From contig OZ316775.1 of assembly GCA_973851085.1 (NCBI GenBank), positions 10,044,001 through 10,108,000 on the forward strand: a stretch of DNA of 64,000 nucleotides, read 5' to 3'. The notes under the pieces are model-generated. The model saw only the letters and a list, made by a program, of their open reading frames with translations. It did not search any database and was not told where the DNA came from. Below, piece by piece: positions 27,066-39,815 of this stretch. Both the position numbers and the translations under genes were made by a program. Origin of the DNA: Ptychomitrium polyphyllum (lineage: Eukaryota). Positions within the stretch are counted from its first letter, which is position 1. Each line of letters starts with the position of its first letter.

Positions 27066-27757
27066 CATGGGAGAATGAGACGGAGGAGCAAACACTGGCC
27101 ATCATAGCTGCACATAACTCCGCACACAACACTACCCATAAGAAAGACGTTAGGGTCTACGGGAAGCAGACAGACAAGCATGAAAAGGATCGCAGGAATG
27201 CGAGCACGGGGTTCATGGGTGATATCATAACGCTTGCTATGTTGGTCCAGCTCAGGAACCCGCTCCGGAACAACGAACCGGTTGGGGCGCCCATGATGGC
27301 GCTCGTGCAAGCAGAGCGTGTAAGGGTGCCTCCGAAACTAAAGCTGGCTCGTCGCATGCCAAGCGGAAGAGACGACGAGGAAGAGAGCAACGATGAGGAC
27401 GCGAGGCCACCTCGGTTCAAGATTGTGGGTGTCACAGTAGCGGGCTTGAAAACGTCCGGTGCCAGTCATATCCCCACTGCCTCGAAATCAGAGATTTGGG
27501 GTAACAGGAAGCAGCTGCAGGCGGGGTCGCGGTGGCTGGTTGCGCATGGGATGCAGAAATTAACGAAAGCGCATCCTGCGTTGAAGGGGAAGGCAACGCC
27601 TGTGCCTCAGGTGAAGGTCCAGCGAGGTGAGTCGTTGTGGAGCATTTCAGCACGCGTTCATGGATCAGGAGCGAAGTGGCGGGACTTGGCAAAACTGAAT
27701 CCGCACATTCGGAATCCGGATATCATCTTTCCTGACACTACCATCCGGACACACTGA
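27066..27757 (+). pseudogene. 5'-truncated PLASTID MOVEMENT IMPAIRED1-related (PMIR-like) C-terminal region ending in a LysM-like motif
   Basis: Motifs LAMLVQLRNPLRNNEPVGAPMMALVQAERV, PRFKIVGVTVAGL, GSRWLVAHGM and QRGESLWSISARVHGSGAKW..LNPHIRNPDIIF. No N-terminal NT-C2 region or native start lies upstream; the ORF abuts the WDR6 duplicate. Confidence 0.8.
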
Positions 27758-28329
27758 CTTTGGCAGAATACACAAAGGTGAGAAAGTTGCAGAAATTGGT
27801 TCAATTTGTAAAGATACAGCATGAACCTTCTACTTCTGTGTGTGTACTGATAGATAGGGAAATGATGAATCGAATTTCTAATGTACATACGTTAGAAGTG
27901 AAGGCCATATCCCCTGCGCAACCAGCCAGTATGCATAGACTGCTCGTCTGTGACATAACATACGTCAAAACTCTGGAGTTTTCGTTTGTGTTACAGTGTT
28001 ACCCCTTGAAGTTCATCACAAAATGTGGGCTAAGGAAACAAATTGCTGGTATTCATTTACGTTCAACTGAGGATATGTAAAGAGTGGGAATTTGAAGAAC
28101 AATTCTGACGGACTGACCTCTGAATTGCTTCTTGATTTCTCCGGTAATTACTTAATATCATGTGAGTGATGTCTTAGCGTAAACGCTTCACGTTCTGCTG
28201 TGCGAATTGCATTCCTGCAAAAACATCTGGTTATCGTAATGCAATGGGTGTTGTTCTCTCATGACCACCGTGGCTAAAGTAGCTACGATATTATTGGTAG
28301 TTTCCGTTTGCACCGCTGTAACCTGAACC

Positions 28330-29160
28330 AAAGCTTGTCCACAAGCATCGTCCTAATTGGGAACCCGTTCATAAACGATGCGGATCATCTTGCGAGCGGC
28401 AAACGTCGTGAACTCCGCTCGGAAGCTGCCACCACAGCAACCGGCATGTCAACGGACATTGTGACACCTGAACATCAGAATCCACGTACAGCATGAAGTT
28501 GCATGAAGCTCCTTCTGCAGTTTCTCAACATCCACTTCGAACATCCCATGCAGGGCCATTTTGGTCATGATTTTCACCTCGTCGCTCGTTGCGTTGAGGA
28601 GCGTTTCCAGTAAACTGGATTTCCGGAACAGGTCCATGGCTTGCTCGCAGCTTTCTAGACGTGGTGGATGAGCGTCAAGAACGGCGCTTTGAAGCAGTAC
28701 ACGGCGAATCGTTCGTTCTTCTCAGTGGCAAGGATCCGAGCGACGCAGAACGCGATGGCCTCACCGAGTAAGGCCTTGTGATGCAAATATCCTCAAGTTT
28801 GTCATTGTAGTGTTCCAGAATGGTCGTGATCAGGCTCGGCACCAGTTTCTCTCACCACTTGTAGCGCTTGCTGGAGTGAAGACGGCGGCACACGGTCATA
28901 GTATCGTCGACTGAGTCTTGTCAGCTGCTGAACTTGGTGCCGTGCAGGGCGATGATGAGGCGCGGGCGACCGCCTTCGAGTGGTGGACTTTCTGGAGGTA
29001 GTGTGCTACTCCAACGTCGCAGGCCTCTTTCTCGTACTCGTATGGCGGGTGCTGCGTCATGTTCGTCAAATTAAGATGTGAATAATACTCTGTCCGCTCG
29101 TCCACTATGTACTCCTATTCCAGAAAGGGTTTGACAAGAATCTTCAAGTCCTTCACTAAC
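28330..29160 (-). pseudogene. Possible degraded coding sequence of unknown family
   Basis: GC-elevated segment with protein-like minus-strand ORF pieces (28896-29105, 28449-28637) separated by stops. No family recognised. Confidence 0.3.
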
Positions 29161-29397
29161 GGTCTCAGGAGGAGACTCCGCTTAGCATAGCCAGCACCTG
29201 ATATAGAGTTGCTTGTTTGAAAGGTTTGATGTGTTTGTTGTCTCTACTGGGGCTCGTACTGGCAGGCTTGGGCAATTGAAGCATTTACACGATGCGCTTC
29301 TTCACGATTCTTTCTCTTTTCGTGGTAGATGTACCCCGCCACTGCGGGAGTACAGAGGCGTCGAGAACCATCGCCGCCGTCTTTTTCAAACTGGAAT

Positions 29398-29557
29398 CGC
29401 TAGTTGGAATTCTAATAGAGTTGATTCCTCATCTAGTGGATAAAATATGACCCCTCCTTCCGAAGATCTCTCTCTGCAGCTAATTTATATATTCTGGTTC
29501 TATCTGTGGTATTGTTGCAGTTGTGGTCAATCAACTCTATTAGAATTCCAACTAGCG
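29398..29557. repeat. Perfect 29-bp inverted repeat with a 102-bp spacer
   Basis: CGCTAGTTGGAATTCTAATAGAGTTGATT (29398-29426) and its exact reverse complement (29529-29557). Confidence 0.92.
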
Positions 29558-30785
29558 TGAATATTCTGTAAGCTTTGGCTCCGGATCTTCAAGTTAAAAA
29601 GGCTGTGAGCGGCTCCTCGGGACAGCTTCATTTAGCTGTTCATGAAAGTGGTATTATTCTTTCTGCAGTTCAGCATTGAGTTTGTCAACTCCAAATGTTG
29701 CTATGAATTTGTCAAACCTATGAAATCTGCTAAGTTCGCAACAACTCCAATCACTCAATCTAGTCGGTAAGGTAAGCCTGCTACCTTGGGAGGGCGTTCT
29801 GGTATACTGCATTACTATCCCATGGCGGTAGAGCAGGGCTCGTGATGCACATGGAGAATTCTGGGCGCACGATGAAGGATCAAGGCTTTATTAACCGTAG
29901 TTAGCATTCTCTACCGACAAATTCTAGTTCCTTTAAGCTTTTCAATTGTGATGCTGAGATGCAGTGCATGTTGGTCGCCGGCATCTGCACCACCTTCTTT
30001 TGTTTCTCGAAAATTCCTCTTGATTCCACTGTACAAGGCATCTATAGTAGATTTCCCAAGCTCCTTAAAGCCACGCATTCTAGATATTGAAGAATTCATG
30101 TTTGATGGACCTCAGATTTCAACCTTCAATATTTTGTGTAACCTTCACCAAAAGGGGAATATAATCACTCTATCTTCTGCAGAATGTTATTTGTTTTTCA
30201 AGAGCATAGTCTCATCTTTAAACTTCAAGAGATTCGTGCACTATAAGAATTTGAAAATGTGCTCATCTTCACATCACCGATTTTGTTCTTTTGAGAGGCA
30301 CAAAATTGTAACTTCAAGCTTCGAATTTGGTATCAAAACAATGATATAGCAATAGAGCTTCCAATGAAACCGTATTCAACTTCAAACTTTCAGAGTTGTA
30401 TAAGTAATAAGTGATTTTAGAGTAAGTATACATAATTACGTAATAATATTAGCAGTAGAGATTGGAGTTTCTTTTCATGCAACCATACTTTTGCCATCAC
30501 CACACAGAAATTCCAGCGCAGTGAGTGGCAGTTATAATGTCTCAAATGTGATCCCAATGGAATGAATGCATACAATTAAATGCAAGTGCAAGAGAGCTCA
30601 TCTTCAGTCTCTTTTCACTGAAGATGTCACAAATCTACGATGGAACAGTTGCACAACAGAAGAGATTGCTAATTTGTGGAATTGTGGTAAATAATGTGAA
30701 ATTCACATTTCAAATCCTTACTTAAAGGTTCCATTCACATATGACTAGAGATACAACTACTCCGAAGGCTGGTATAGGTCCACAA

Positions 30786-33700
30786 TTACCGATTGCTCGC
30801 AAAATTGAACACTTGTAAACCTCGACCAACCACAGCCATGTGATATTGTTCCCTGCCTCACAAATTTAACAGTGTCAGAAGTACGTGTAACTACATCATA
30901 CAAATGTCATTGTAGCCTTGGTGGAAACTAAACGGCCAGAAAATTGAATAAGCCTACATCGAAGTACATATATGTAAAAAAAAATTGAAGTGGTAGCTAT
31001 GGGTTAGGACATTACCTAGTTGGACAAGGATCCACATGTAAATCCTCCGCTTCAGGTACGTCGATAACACAATGGCCGCATTCCACCAATGACACAGATG
31101 GGAATCTCTTGTCAGAAGGACCCTCCATCGGACTGCATGGTGAAGGAGGCTCGCAATAGCTTGCAGTATCTCCTAGATGCCAACACCGAAGCCGCTGGTC
31201 CAAGCCTGTGCTAAAAACCCAAACACCATCCGTCCAAATCCCTGCAGGCGGAGCAGGCTTTAGATACTATGTTGGAAACAGTTGATCATCAAAGGGTCTA
31301 ATAATTCCCGACCTAATTCAAAATAGTCCAACTGCAGTCCTCTCAATTCAGAAGTAATGTCACATTATGATATACCTCAACGCAGCCACTGTAAATGGCT
31401 TCCAAATTTCAACCCATAGTTTCTTTATTCTACGAGGAGCAATTGTAAGAACATCGATTATGACGCGCACCTTTTACAGCTGAACTATGGGCTCCTTCCA
31501 CAGAGTCCCGAATCACAGAATTAAATCCCAACTGGACCTGTGCTGCTGAGCCATCGCTTCCTTGAGCTGCAGAAGTTCTAACTCGATTAGGATCTCTTAG
31601 TAGAGGAATATAATAACATGAAATGTATTCAAAGGTCATATCACATTCTTTAACTGCAACTATTAACAGCAGAATGATGAGAAACAAACTTTGCGAATCC
31701 TCAGTGCTCGATGCCGCAACAACATCCACATCACCGCCAGAAGCTTCACTAGCTGGTGCACATTTATAATGCATCTCTCCTGGTGCACATTTGACATGAA
31801 TTTTAAACCCCAGTACATGAATTCTTTGATCATCTCCTCCACTAACCACGACAACTTCAGAAAGTTTCTCTCCCGCCAATTTTGCTGCACTTAAGCAATT
31901 CACTCCAGATTGATGCGCTTCAGTAAACGTGCAAAGAGGGTAGAGTACAGAGGATTTATAAGGTAAACTTCCATTTTCCTCCGAAACCTCGTCGATCTGA
32001 ACTTCAGACCCAATTTCTGCCTTGAAGTTAGCTTCTGCGTCCTCAGTTGTGTTCAGACTTTCAATAACGTTTAAATCCGCTTTCGAGATGACATCATCAA
32101 CTAGCCTTTCTACTGTATTTGAACTTTTTCCAATATTTTTCTTATCGCGAGGCAGCCCTGCTTGCCTTTGCTTTGCCGATCGAAAACGTCTGCCACCCTG
32201 ACTTCCTCGACCAGTGCGTGGACGCAAGTGCGTTCCCGCACTGGAGGCCAAACTTGCAACTCCTGATAGCATGTGCTTTGTAAATGTGATAACTAGGTTT
32301 GTTATGTCCCACACGGCAATTGAACCATCAGTAGCACCACTCACAATAAGATACGCATTTTGGCAACCACCTATTGGAACCACTAGATGTTGTAATGTTA
32401 ACACAGGTACTGCGTGGTGCTCCAAGACAGCTACTTCCACCCTGTATTCCATCATTCATATTTCAGTATTACCATCCAAGTCTTTGAGAAGCATACGCCT
32501 TGAAAAGTCCAACAAGTCAAGAACTTACCAGATCCTTGTCATCAGATTCATCCCAATGAGCCTTAGTGTTGCGTTGGAGCTTGCAGTTACCACAAAGCAG
32601 AACACAGACCTGTATACTTGACAAACAAGAGTATCGTTGTAAGCGTCATACATGTATACTAAGAAAACAACAAGAAGCCTCGTACTCAAGCGAAGTAGCT
32701 GTTCGCTTCAAATAACTTAAGCATAAGTGCAAGAAGTGAAGTAATTAAAAAATCGATCCATAAGAGATCTAGTGCCTTAAGTGTGCCATTGAATTTGAGA
32801 GAGAGACGTCACCCAGAATCCGGAGAATAAATTGACATCGCGGTAACTGCCAAGAATCGCAGATCGTCATCATCGTTCGTGCCCGTCCTTGTTTCTTCAG
32901 GTGACTGCTTCTCATTCGGTCGCATATCTACTGCTTTGTCCAATGCCTTCAAGAGAGGCTTGTCATTATTTTTTGAAGAGTGCTTCTTCTTTCTTGGCAA
33001 TTTAAAGGCACGAGGAGGGACATAAGAACACAACCATTTGGAGGAGAGAGCATCTATAACTGGGCTTTGGTTTACATTGTCTTCTGGAACAGTGCTAACC
33101 AACTCTGTTTCGTCAATTGAAGCACTCATGAAGTCAGGGTCTTGTTTCCACTCCAAAAGCCAGCAGGTGAGAACCTCTTTCGCACCGACAGACAAGAGCA
33201 ATATAGGATCTCTCATCCAAACGGCAAGATCTCGAATAGATGGAGGTTGGTAGTGCACGAAAGTCTGAGCTCCTTGCACCAACGTGAGGGCTCTTACAGC
33301 TGAACCTACAGTGTGCTCACCCAGTAGTAAACACGACTCCAGGTTTAATACCACTTCATCATATCTGTCTCACCAGAACACAAAGGTAAACACCCTGGAC
33401 AGAAAATTAAACATGTACACCAAGGAAAGCTTTAATAACCTAAAGGCCCTGTTGAAGTAAACAAAAGAGAGACCTTACATCATCCTTAATGGTCTTTATA
33501 AAAATTAAAAGGATTGGATCAGCTTCCACGTTTGAAGTTAAAAACTCAATCAGCAGTAGCATAAGAATTAATTCTGATGGATCTAACCGTGAGATTCGGA
33601 CTGCTCCATCTTCTGCACCTGTGGCTATCCATTTCCTAACATGTTGACCACTTGTCACTGGGACATTCCCAGCTGGTACGAAGTGGACAGAATGTATTTC

Positions 33701-36700
33701 TCTGCCATGAAATTGCCCATGTAAAGATTGAGGCCCCCGAGACACTATTTTTTGTATTGAATCCGATTTCTCCTCCTTTTTTATTCCTATCGAATCCAAC
33801 TGTAATGGCAAATCAGCCCAATTTCTATGCACAAAGACGACTTGATCCTGCCATATGGAAAAATGAAGCGTGTTAATAATACAGAGTGACAGATAGCATA
33901 CAAATGTCCAGAGCTGAGGATTTGAAGTTAGTCCAGCTCATAATGCAAGCACTGACCTTAAGAAAAGCAAAACACTGATGTTCAGGAATATCTCCAACCA
34001 AATACGAATGTGGCCGTCGCCATCCTCCACATTTCACTCGCATAAGCTGCACAATTTAAGTTCGTTAAAATCTTTAGGTGCTACAATGGAACACCAGATT
34101 TTGATAATGAGAGAAGGGTAACAGAAATTGGAAAAATATTAAGTCCACTTGTTTAATCCTCACTGTTGCAACTTATCATCAACCGGAAGTGAACTGCACG
34201 AAGAATTGAAGGTGGATGTGTCATGCCTCTAATTGTTGAGTCAAATCCCACAAAATAAAATCACTAGCAATAAAGCCAGCTGCCAAACGCCGCCTGCACT
34301 TCCTCTGATCTTGGCGATATTCCACAGACTCCACTACTGTTATAGCAGTAACATCTTCTACCCCCGTGCATGCAAAATTTTGGCAACTTGATTGTCCTTG
34401 ATCTTTGCTGATGACAGTGTCAATGACAAATTTGCATATGCAGCCATCCCTGCCTGTCTACACCTCATCATCAAGGTCAGCACCTGAATTCCTTTCTAAC
34501 CATGTGGAGCAGCATTTTGCCAGATACTGACTCTCTCGTTCAAATCAAAGAACCTATAGCTACGTAGCCGGCATTCAATCAAAAGAATATAAACCAAGTA
34601 AAACCAGAAGTAATTTAAACAACTGTAAATTAGGAAACATTTATTATAATAGATGCCAATGAAAATTACAAATTAAAAAATCAGTGGCAAAAATTTCACC
34701 AGGAAAGACTTACTGATGTTATAGTTACATCCTGCTTGTTACTAAATGATGTTATGGAAACGCTAGCCACTGCTGAAATGCCATGAGCTCCTTTGAAAAC
34801 TCCAATATTTTGAAGTCGTGATTGTGATTCCAAGCTCTCTTCGATGTGGCTCAGGAGAAAAGTTTTGGGAAAACTAAACGATGCTAAGTTTCCTCGTTGA
34901 TCCCCGCAGACAAGCAACTGATTGCCATAAATAGACATGGTTTAGTGAAATGACCTATGTAAATAGTAACAACCGTATTCAGGTTATCAGGTAGCATATC
35001 ATGTCTGAGCAATCTATAGAAAACACTCATGGCATCAAGTGCCAATACAAAACATAGATCAAACAGAAGATGTCGAGAAGTTGAAGCATCAAAAACAGCC
35101 AACCCAAGGAACAGTGTCACAAATCGGGCGCATTAATAAGGGGTATAGCCATGCCTCAGATTACCTCAGCTACAGGGCAAACATCTAGGCATACAACTCG
35201 GGCCTGCAAAGGTGATTGACAGACTGCTAGTAGTAGAGCTTGCGCCTGAGAACCCTGTCCTTCAGCAGAAGTCTGAGCATTTAAACATCGTTTCAAAAGC
35301 CACACCCGTACAAGACCCCTTGGATCAGTGGTAAATATGAATCTGCCAACACGAAAGAAGATTCAGATATGAATGTCCAAAAGCAATCTACGACATATAA
35401 GATAATATATTCAATTTCTGAAACCTGGCACACTTCTGCGTTTGTTCTTAGCACACTTGCAAAAATAGTGAGTGTGTCCATATAAGAAACAAAAAAGTGT
35501 TACATGCAATGTATCACTAATGGGTGCATCACAGACTGACAAGAAATAATGACATGCCTGACATGATTAAAGTACTCTTGTAAAAATTACCTCCTTCCTA
35601 AAGATTTACACCAAAATACCCCAAGAAGCTGTCTCTCTTGATCTGCCAGCCATTTGCATTGCCAAATCACAGTTGGCTTTTGTTCAATAATTCGAATTCC
35701 TAGTGCAGTGGCAATGCCTGACCCATTGCCAAATGCTACCATCTCATCCTTCTTATCGTTATCAGAAACATATCCGGTGACCATAGCTCCATCTACTAGA
35801 AGATTCAAGCAGACGATTGGACCGGAAATTTCTCCTTGCAAAATTTCTGTCCATTCTTGTTTTGCGCCGTCCAATAAAGTTACATGATATACATGGCCTC
35901 GGTTTGTACCAATATAGAGAGTTCGAAAACCAGCAAGATCAAGGCATCGCACATACTCACTGTTGCTGTTGAACCAAATATGACATGCCTCCTCAATCAT
36001 CAGGATAAGGAGATAACAGGCAATTTTTCAAATAAGGCTACAGAGGGCGTAGAAGAATTGATTCTCAACGTCATTACCGAAGTTCTAACACCGTCCCCTA
36101 CTGGAAAATCTTATTTCGGCAATACAAATACCTATTAAAAAACCACCAATTCATTCTTAAATCGGTTAAGAATTTCAGCTACTGCAAAATAAAAGGAAAA
36201 GTTGGTACCTGTCCATGGGAGTGGAGGAACCTTCACCAAGAACGTTAGGCCCCACCAAGGAAACGCAAAAAATTTCGGTGTTGGACGATGACGACAGTGG
36301 ATTAGACCTCACGTTTGAAATTTTCCCTTGAGCCTCGTGTTTCCACCTGGCAAGTGACTGGACTTTGATCGCAGAATCTGCTCCTGCCGTCACAAGTGTT
36401 GCTGATTCATGATCGTACACGCAGCGCCATATTCCTCGACCTCTGGACCCAATGCGAAATCATGAAAAACTGATCTGGCCAGAGTATCGCCTTAAGAAAC
36501 GAACAAGCAAACCGAGACGCAAGAGGGTTCGACCTAACCTCTATCACTTTCTTACCGTAAAATATATAAGATAACTATTGTAGTTAAGATAAACATCGGG
36601 CGAAAGACATTTACTTTTAAATGAATAAATTTTGTCCAACATATATTACTGACTTGTACAGGTACATCTACAAGTCATAAACAACAATTGTAGTCATATG

Positions 36701-39603
36701 AGTTGTAACTAGTCATAAAAAGCATATCTCAATATTTTAGAAACTAGTCAGTAAATTACATTAGAACAAGCCTACTGGCAGGAGAGGCTCACTCACGTGT
36801 GCCCAGTCAAAGTGTCTAAATGTTGACCTTGCCGAGTCCAGACACGACAAGTACAGTCCTCGCTAGCTGTTATCAGCAGCTAGGTCCCCACATCAAACCA
36901 AATTACAGCATACCGTTGGTTGAATTCCAAATCAAAAAATCAAAAAAGTGTACTCAGCAAGACTTTCATGATTCAGATAGCCAGTCGATCATGAGCAAAT
37001 TCAGCCAATACCAAGTTTATCTACAACAAAACCACATCGACTTTCCACGGAAAATACGGATAAAAGTAACATTCAAGTTGGTTTTCAGTTCATACTGAGC
37101 ACTATATCTTTCTGAGATTGCTCATTCTGTTGCAATTCACAGCCAAATCGCCGGAAAATTTAGGCGACACATTAGAGCATTCACATTGTTTAATAGCAAT
37201 ATCTCATCTATATATTTCAGGCCAATATATTCCTCACAACATTGACAAAACTATGACATCTAGATGCTCAAAGTGGTGCATACATTATCTGCGATATGGC
37301 AGTCCCACAGTCGCGCTCCATGCCCAAATAGAACTGGACCAGCTGTGAATAATAATGTATCTGTAGATGGGCTTATCCATATCCGCGCACTGCCACAATC
37401 GCAAAGATCCGATGACAGAGCTTCTAAGGTAGAAATTCACTTGGCTGTTAAGAAGACCATATTCAAAAGCAGAGAAGGTGCACACTCTCTGGACAAGAAA
37501 TCAGAATGTTGTACGTAGGCTCTCGTGAACCGAGTAAATAGAAACATAGAGAGCACACGGAACTGGACGCAAAAAAATTACAGGATTCCAATCACAATAT
37601 CCTGAGCATATCATGACTCGACCATAAAGGAGTGGCTCAACGAGCATTACTGACCTGCGATCATCAGAGGCTGAAGCAAGACAAAGTCCATCTTCGGACC
37701 AAGATATTCGATGGATAGATCCCTCATGCCCCAGAAGCTCTTGCAAGGGTTCAACAGTCCAGGCAAGCGGAACTCTGTTGTCCCCTGCGCCATTAACTTT
37801 CTGGAGCTGATCTAAATACTTCTGTTGTTTATCTTCATCATTCCAGTATCTCACATCCCAAATGAGTACCTGCAAGAGAAGTTTTGTTTCAATCAACAAA
37901 ACTGACTCCATGAAATTGTAGAGTAGAAAGGCCTCTAGCAAAACATAGTAGGGAAAACAGAATAAAGAATCCAAAACTGTAAACACGAGGAAATAAACTA
38001 TAGACTAATTTGGCAGGATATGGTTGACAAAAACCATATGTCGATAAAGAAATAGAAGATGAGTGCCATGGATGGAACATTCATGTTAGACCTGGTGCCA
38101 AGCTGATTGTACACTGACCTTATTGAAAATAGTGCCAGCAGCTACACGGAGCGTTTCAACAGAAGAGCCCCACAACCTGAGGGAATACAATAAGCACCTT
38201 TCTGCACCGACACCACAGTTTATTCTTAAGATCAACGATAAAACGAACGTAAGATGCATGGAATAAAGAAACAGAAAATTAACAAGCACTAAAATAGCAA
38301 ATTCTATGCTTATGAGTTCACTGTAAATCCGCAATGATCGACGAAAACCACAACTCACCAGAGCATTCAACTCGCAAAATGGGTGAACACTTTTGTAAAT
38401 CCCACAGCGAGACAGAATTGTCGCTCAAGCCAACTGCGAGCAGGGCCCGCTTTTCCTCTCCCATTGAAGTCGACTCCTCCTATATCAAGAGGCAGACCCA
38501 GTTGCCATCAAATTGATACATTCTCCACTATACATACTGTAAAACCCACGCCCTATCTCTTTGCAGAATCATGTTCAGCACAAACTGCACTTGATGACAT
38601 CCAAACTAGCCTAAGCGGATACGTTTACTAAAACCCTGAACCTTGAGTAGGTTGCCTTCGATGTCTTAATATGGTCCAAATGCTCAGCCTGGTACAGAAT
38701 TGCCACTATTAATGGGATAACCCATCAACATAGAGGCACAAGCAGAAGAGAACCATCTAAGATTTAAACATGTTCGTTATTAACCCAAAACCAACAGGTC
38801 AGTGTGTTGCACCTGCAAAAACCTGACATCGAGCACCCACTGAAAAAAACGAGGCAACGATTGTACGATGCATAATTTGAAGTCTGAAATTTCTTTTCTA
38901 CCATCGCCCTGTAGCTCCAAAACCTTGACTCTGCCTTCACCATGCACGGCTATGGCGACTGGCTTGCTTGATTCAGTTTCAGCTATTGGATGATCATGAC
39001 GGACGTGAATTCCGTGCACTCGAACACCATCGAAAACCTGTTGGGATAGCAGACGATCCCCTGTCTTTAAGTCATACAAGAGCACCTGGGAGCCGGTACC
39101 TGCGACGGATTCTCCACATTATGATTGTAGTAGCATGTTCTAGAAGAAACGAGCAGAATTCATCTAAAAGACTAACATACGCACGGAATTCACGAAACAA
39201 AAAGTCTGATCAGAAAGGTCACAAAAGCAACCACGCTCATTTTTATCACATTCGCTACCACATCCTCCCTTGATTATCGAAGCGCTTGTCATATTCAAAT
39301 TTCGCTCACCTCACAATCATCTCGCAGCCATGATAGGAAAACCAACAGAACCAACTAGGGAAATACTCATCAAAACTGAACACAGTCCTGCAAGGATGAG
39401 AATTGAAAAACGAAACTAAAACCTGCAAGAAGGTACGACACCGGAGCCGAGGGAAGAAAGCACAACGCTGAAACATCGCCCAAGTACGGTCCCCGACGCA
39501 AGCTGCACTCCCGTGGCTCCTCGTGCATCGCTTCACCTTCTGACAACCGGCCAGGATCACAAAGCCCACCTTCCCGACCTCCTTCCTGTTCAGTGCTCCT
39601 CAT
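30786..39603 (-). CDS. WDR6: WD40-repeat protein, WDR6/Trm734-like (tRNA 2'-O-methyltransferase regulator), multi-exon
   Basis: N-terminal YLGDVSALCF; WD blades GHEGSIHRISWS..ASASDDR, GHGARLWDC, GHTGRGIWRC, CGGWRRPH, FHGREIHSV, AHQSGVNCL; C-terminal MAVVGRGLQVF with TAA at 30786-30788. Start is the ATG at 39603 (an in-frame ATG also lies at 39618). Not every exon boundary was resolved. Confidence 0.85.
32372..33129 (-). repeat. Source copy of the 758-bp duplication
   Basis: Continuous with the WDR6-like reading frame on both sides. Confidence 0.9.
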
Positions 39604-39806
39604 AGCTAAACCTCGCATAAAAGCAGGAACCTCTCCAACATCGTAGAAAATTTGCACCCGATCCTTACAGAGGCAACTAGCGCACTAGTAGTGTCAAACT
39701 CTCCGCACATGCGCCAACAAACAAATTCAAGCGAAGAAGCGGACGAGTTGCATCTATGAATGATGAAGATCCGACATCACATATCTTTCTGAAAGCCTAA
39801 AACCCG

Positions 39807-39815
39807 AAACCCTAA
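39807..39815 (+). promoter_or_regulatory. Telo-box (AAACCCTAA) upstream of the WDR6-like gene
   Basis: Exact motif about 200 bp from the ATG. Telo-boxes are common near plant translation and RNA-processing genes. A short motif can occur by chance. Confidence 0.4.
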
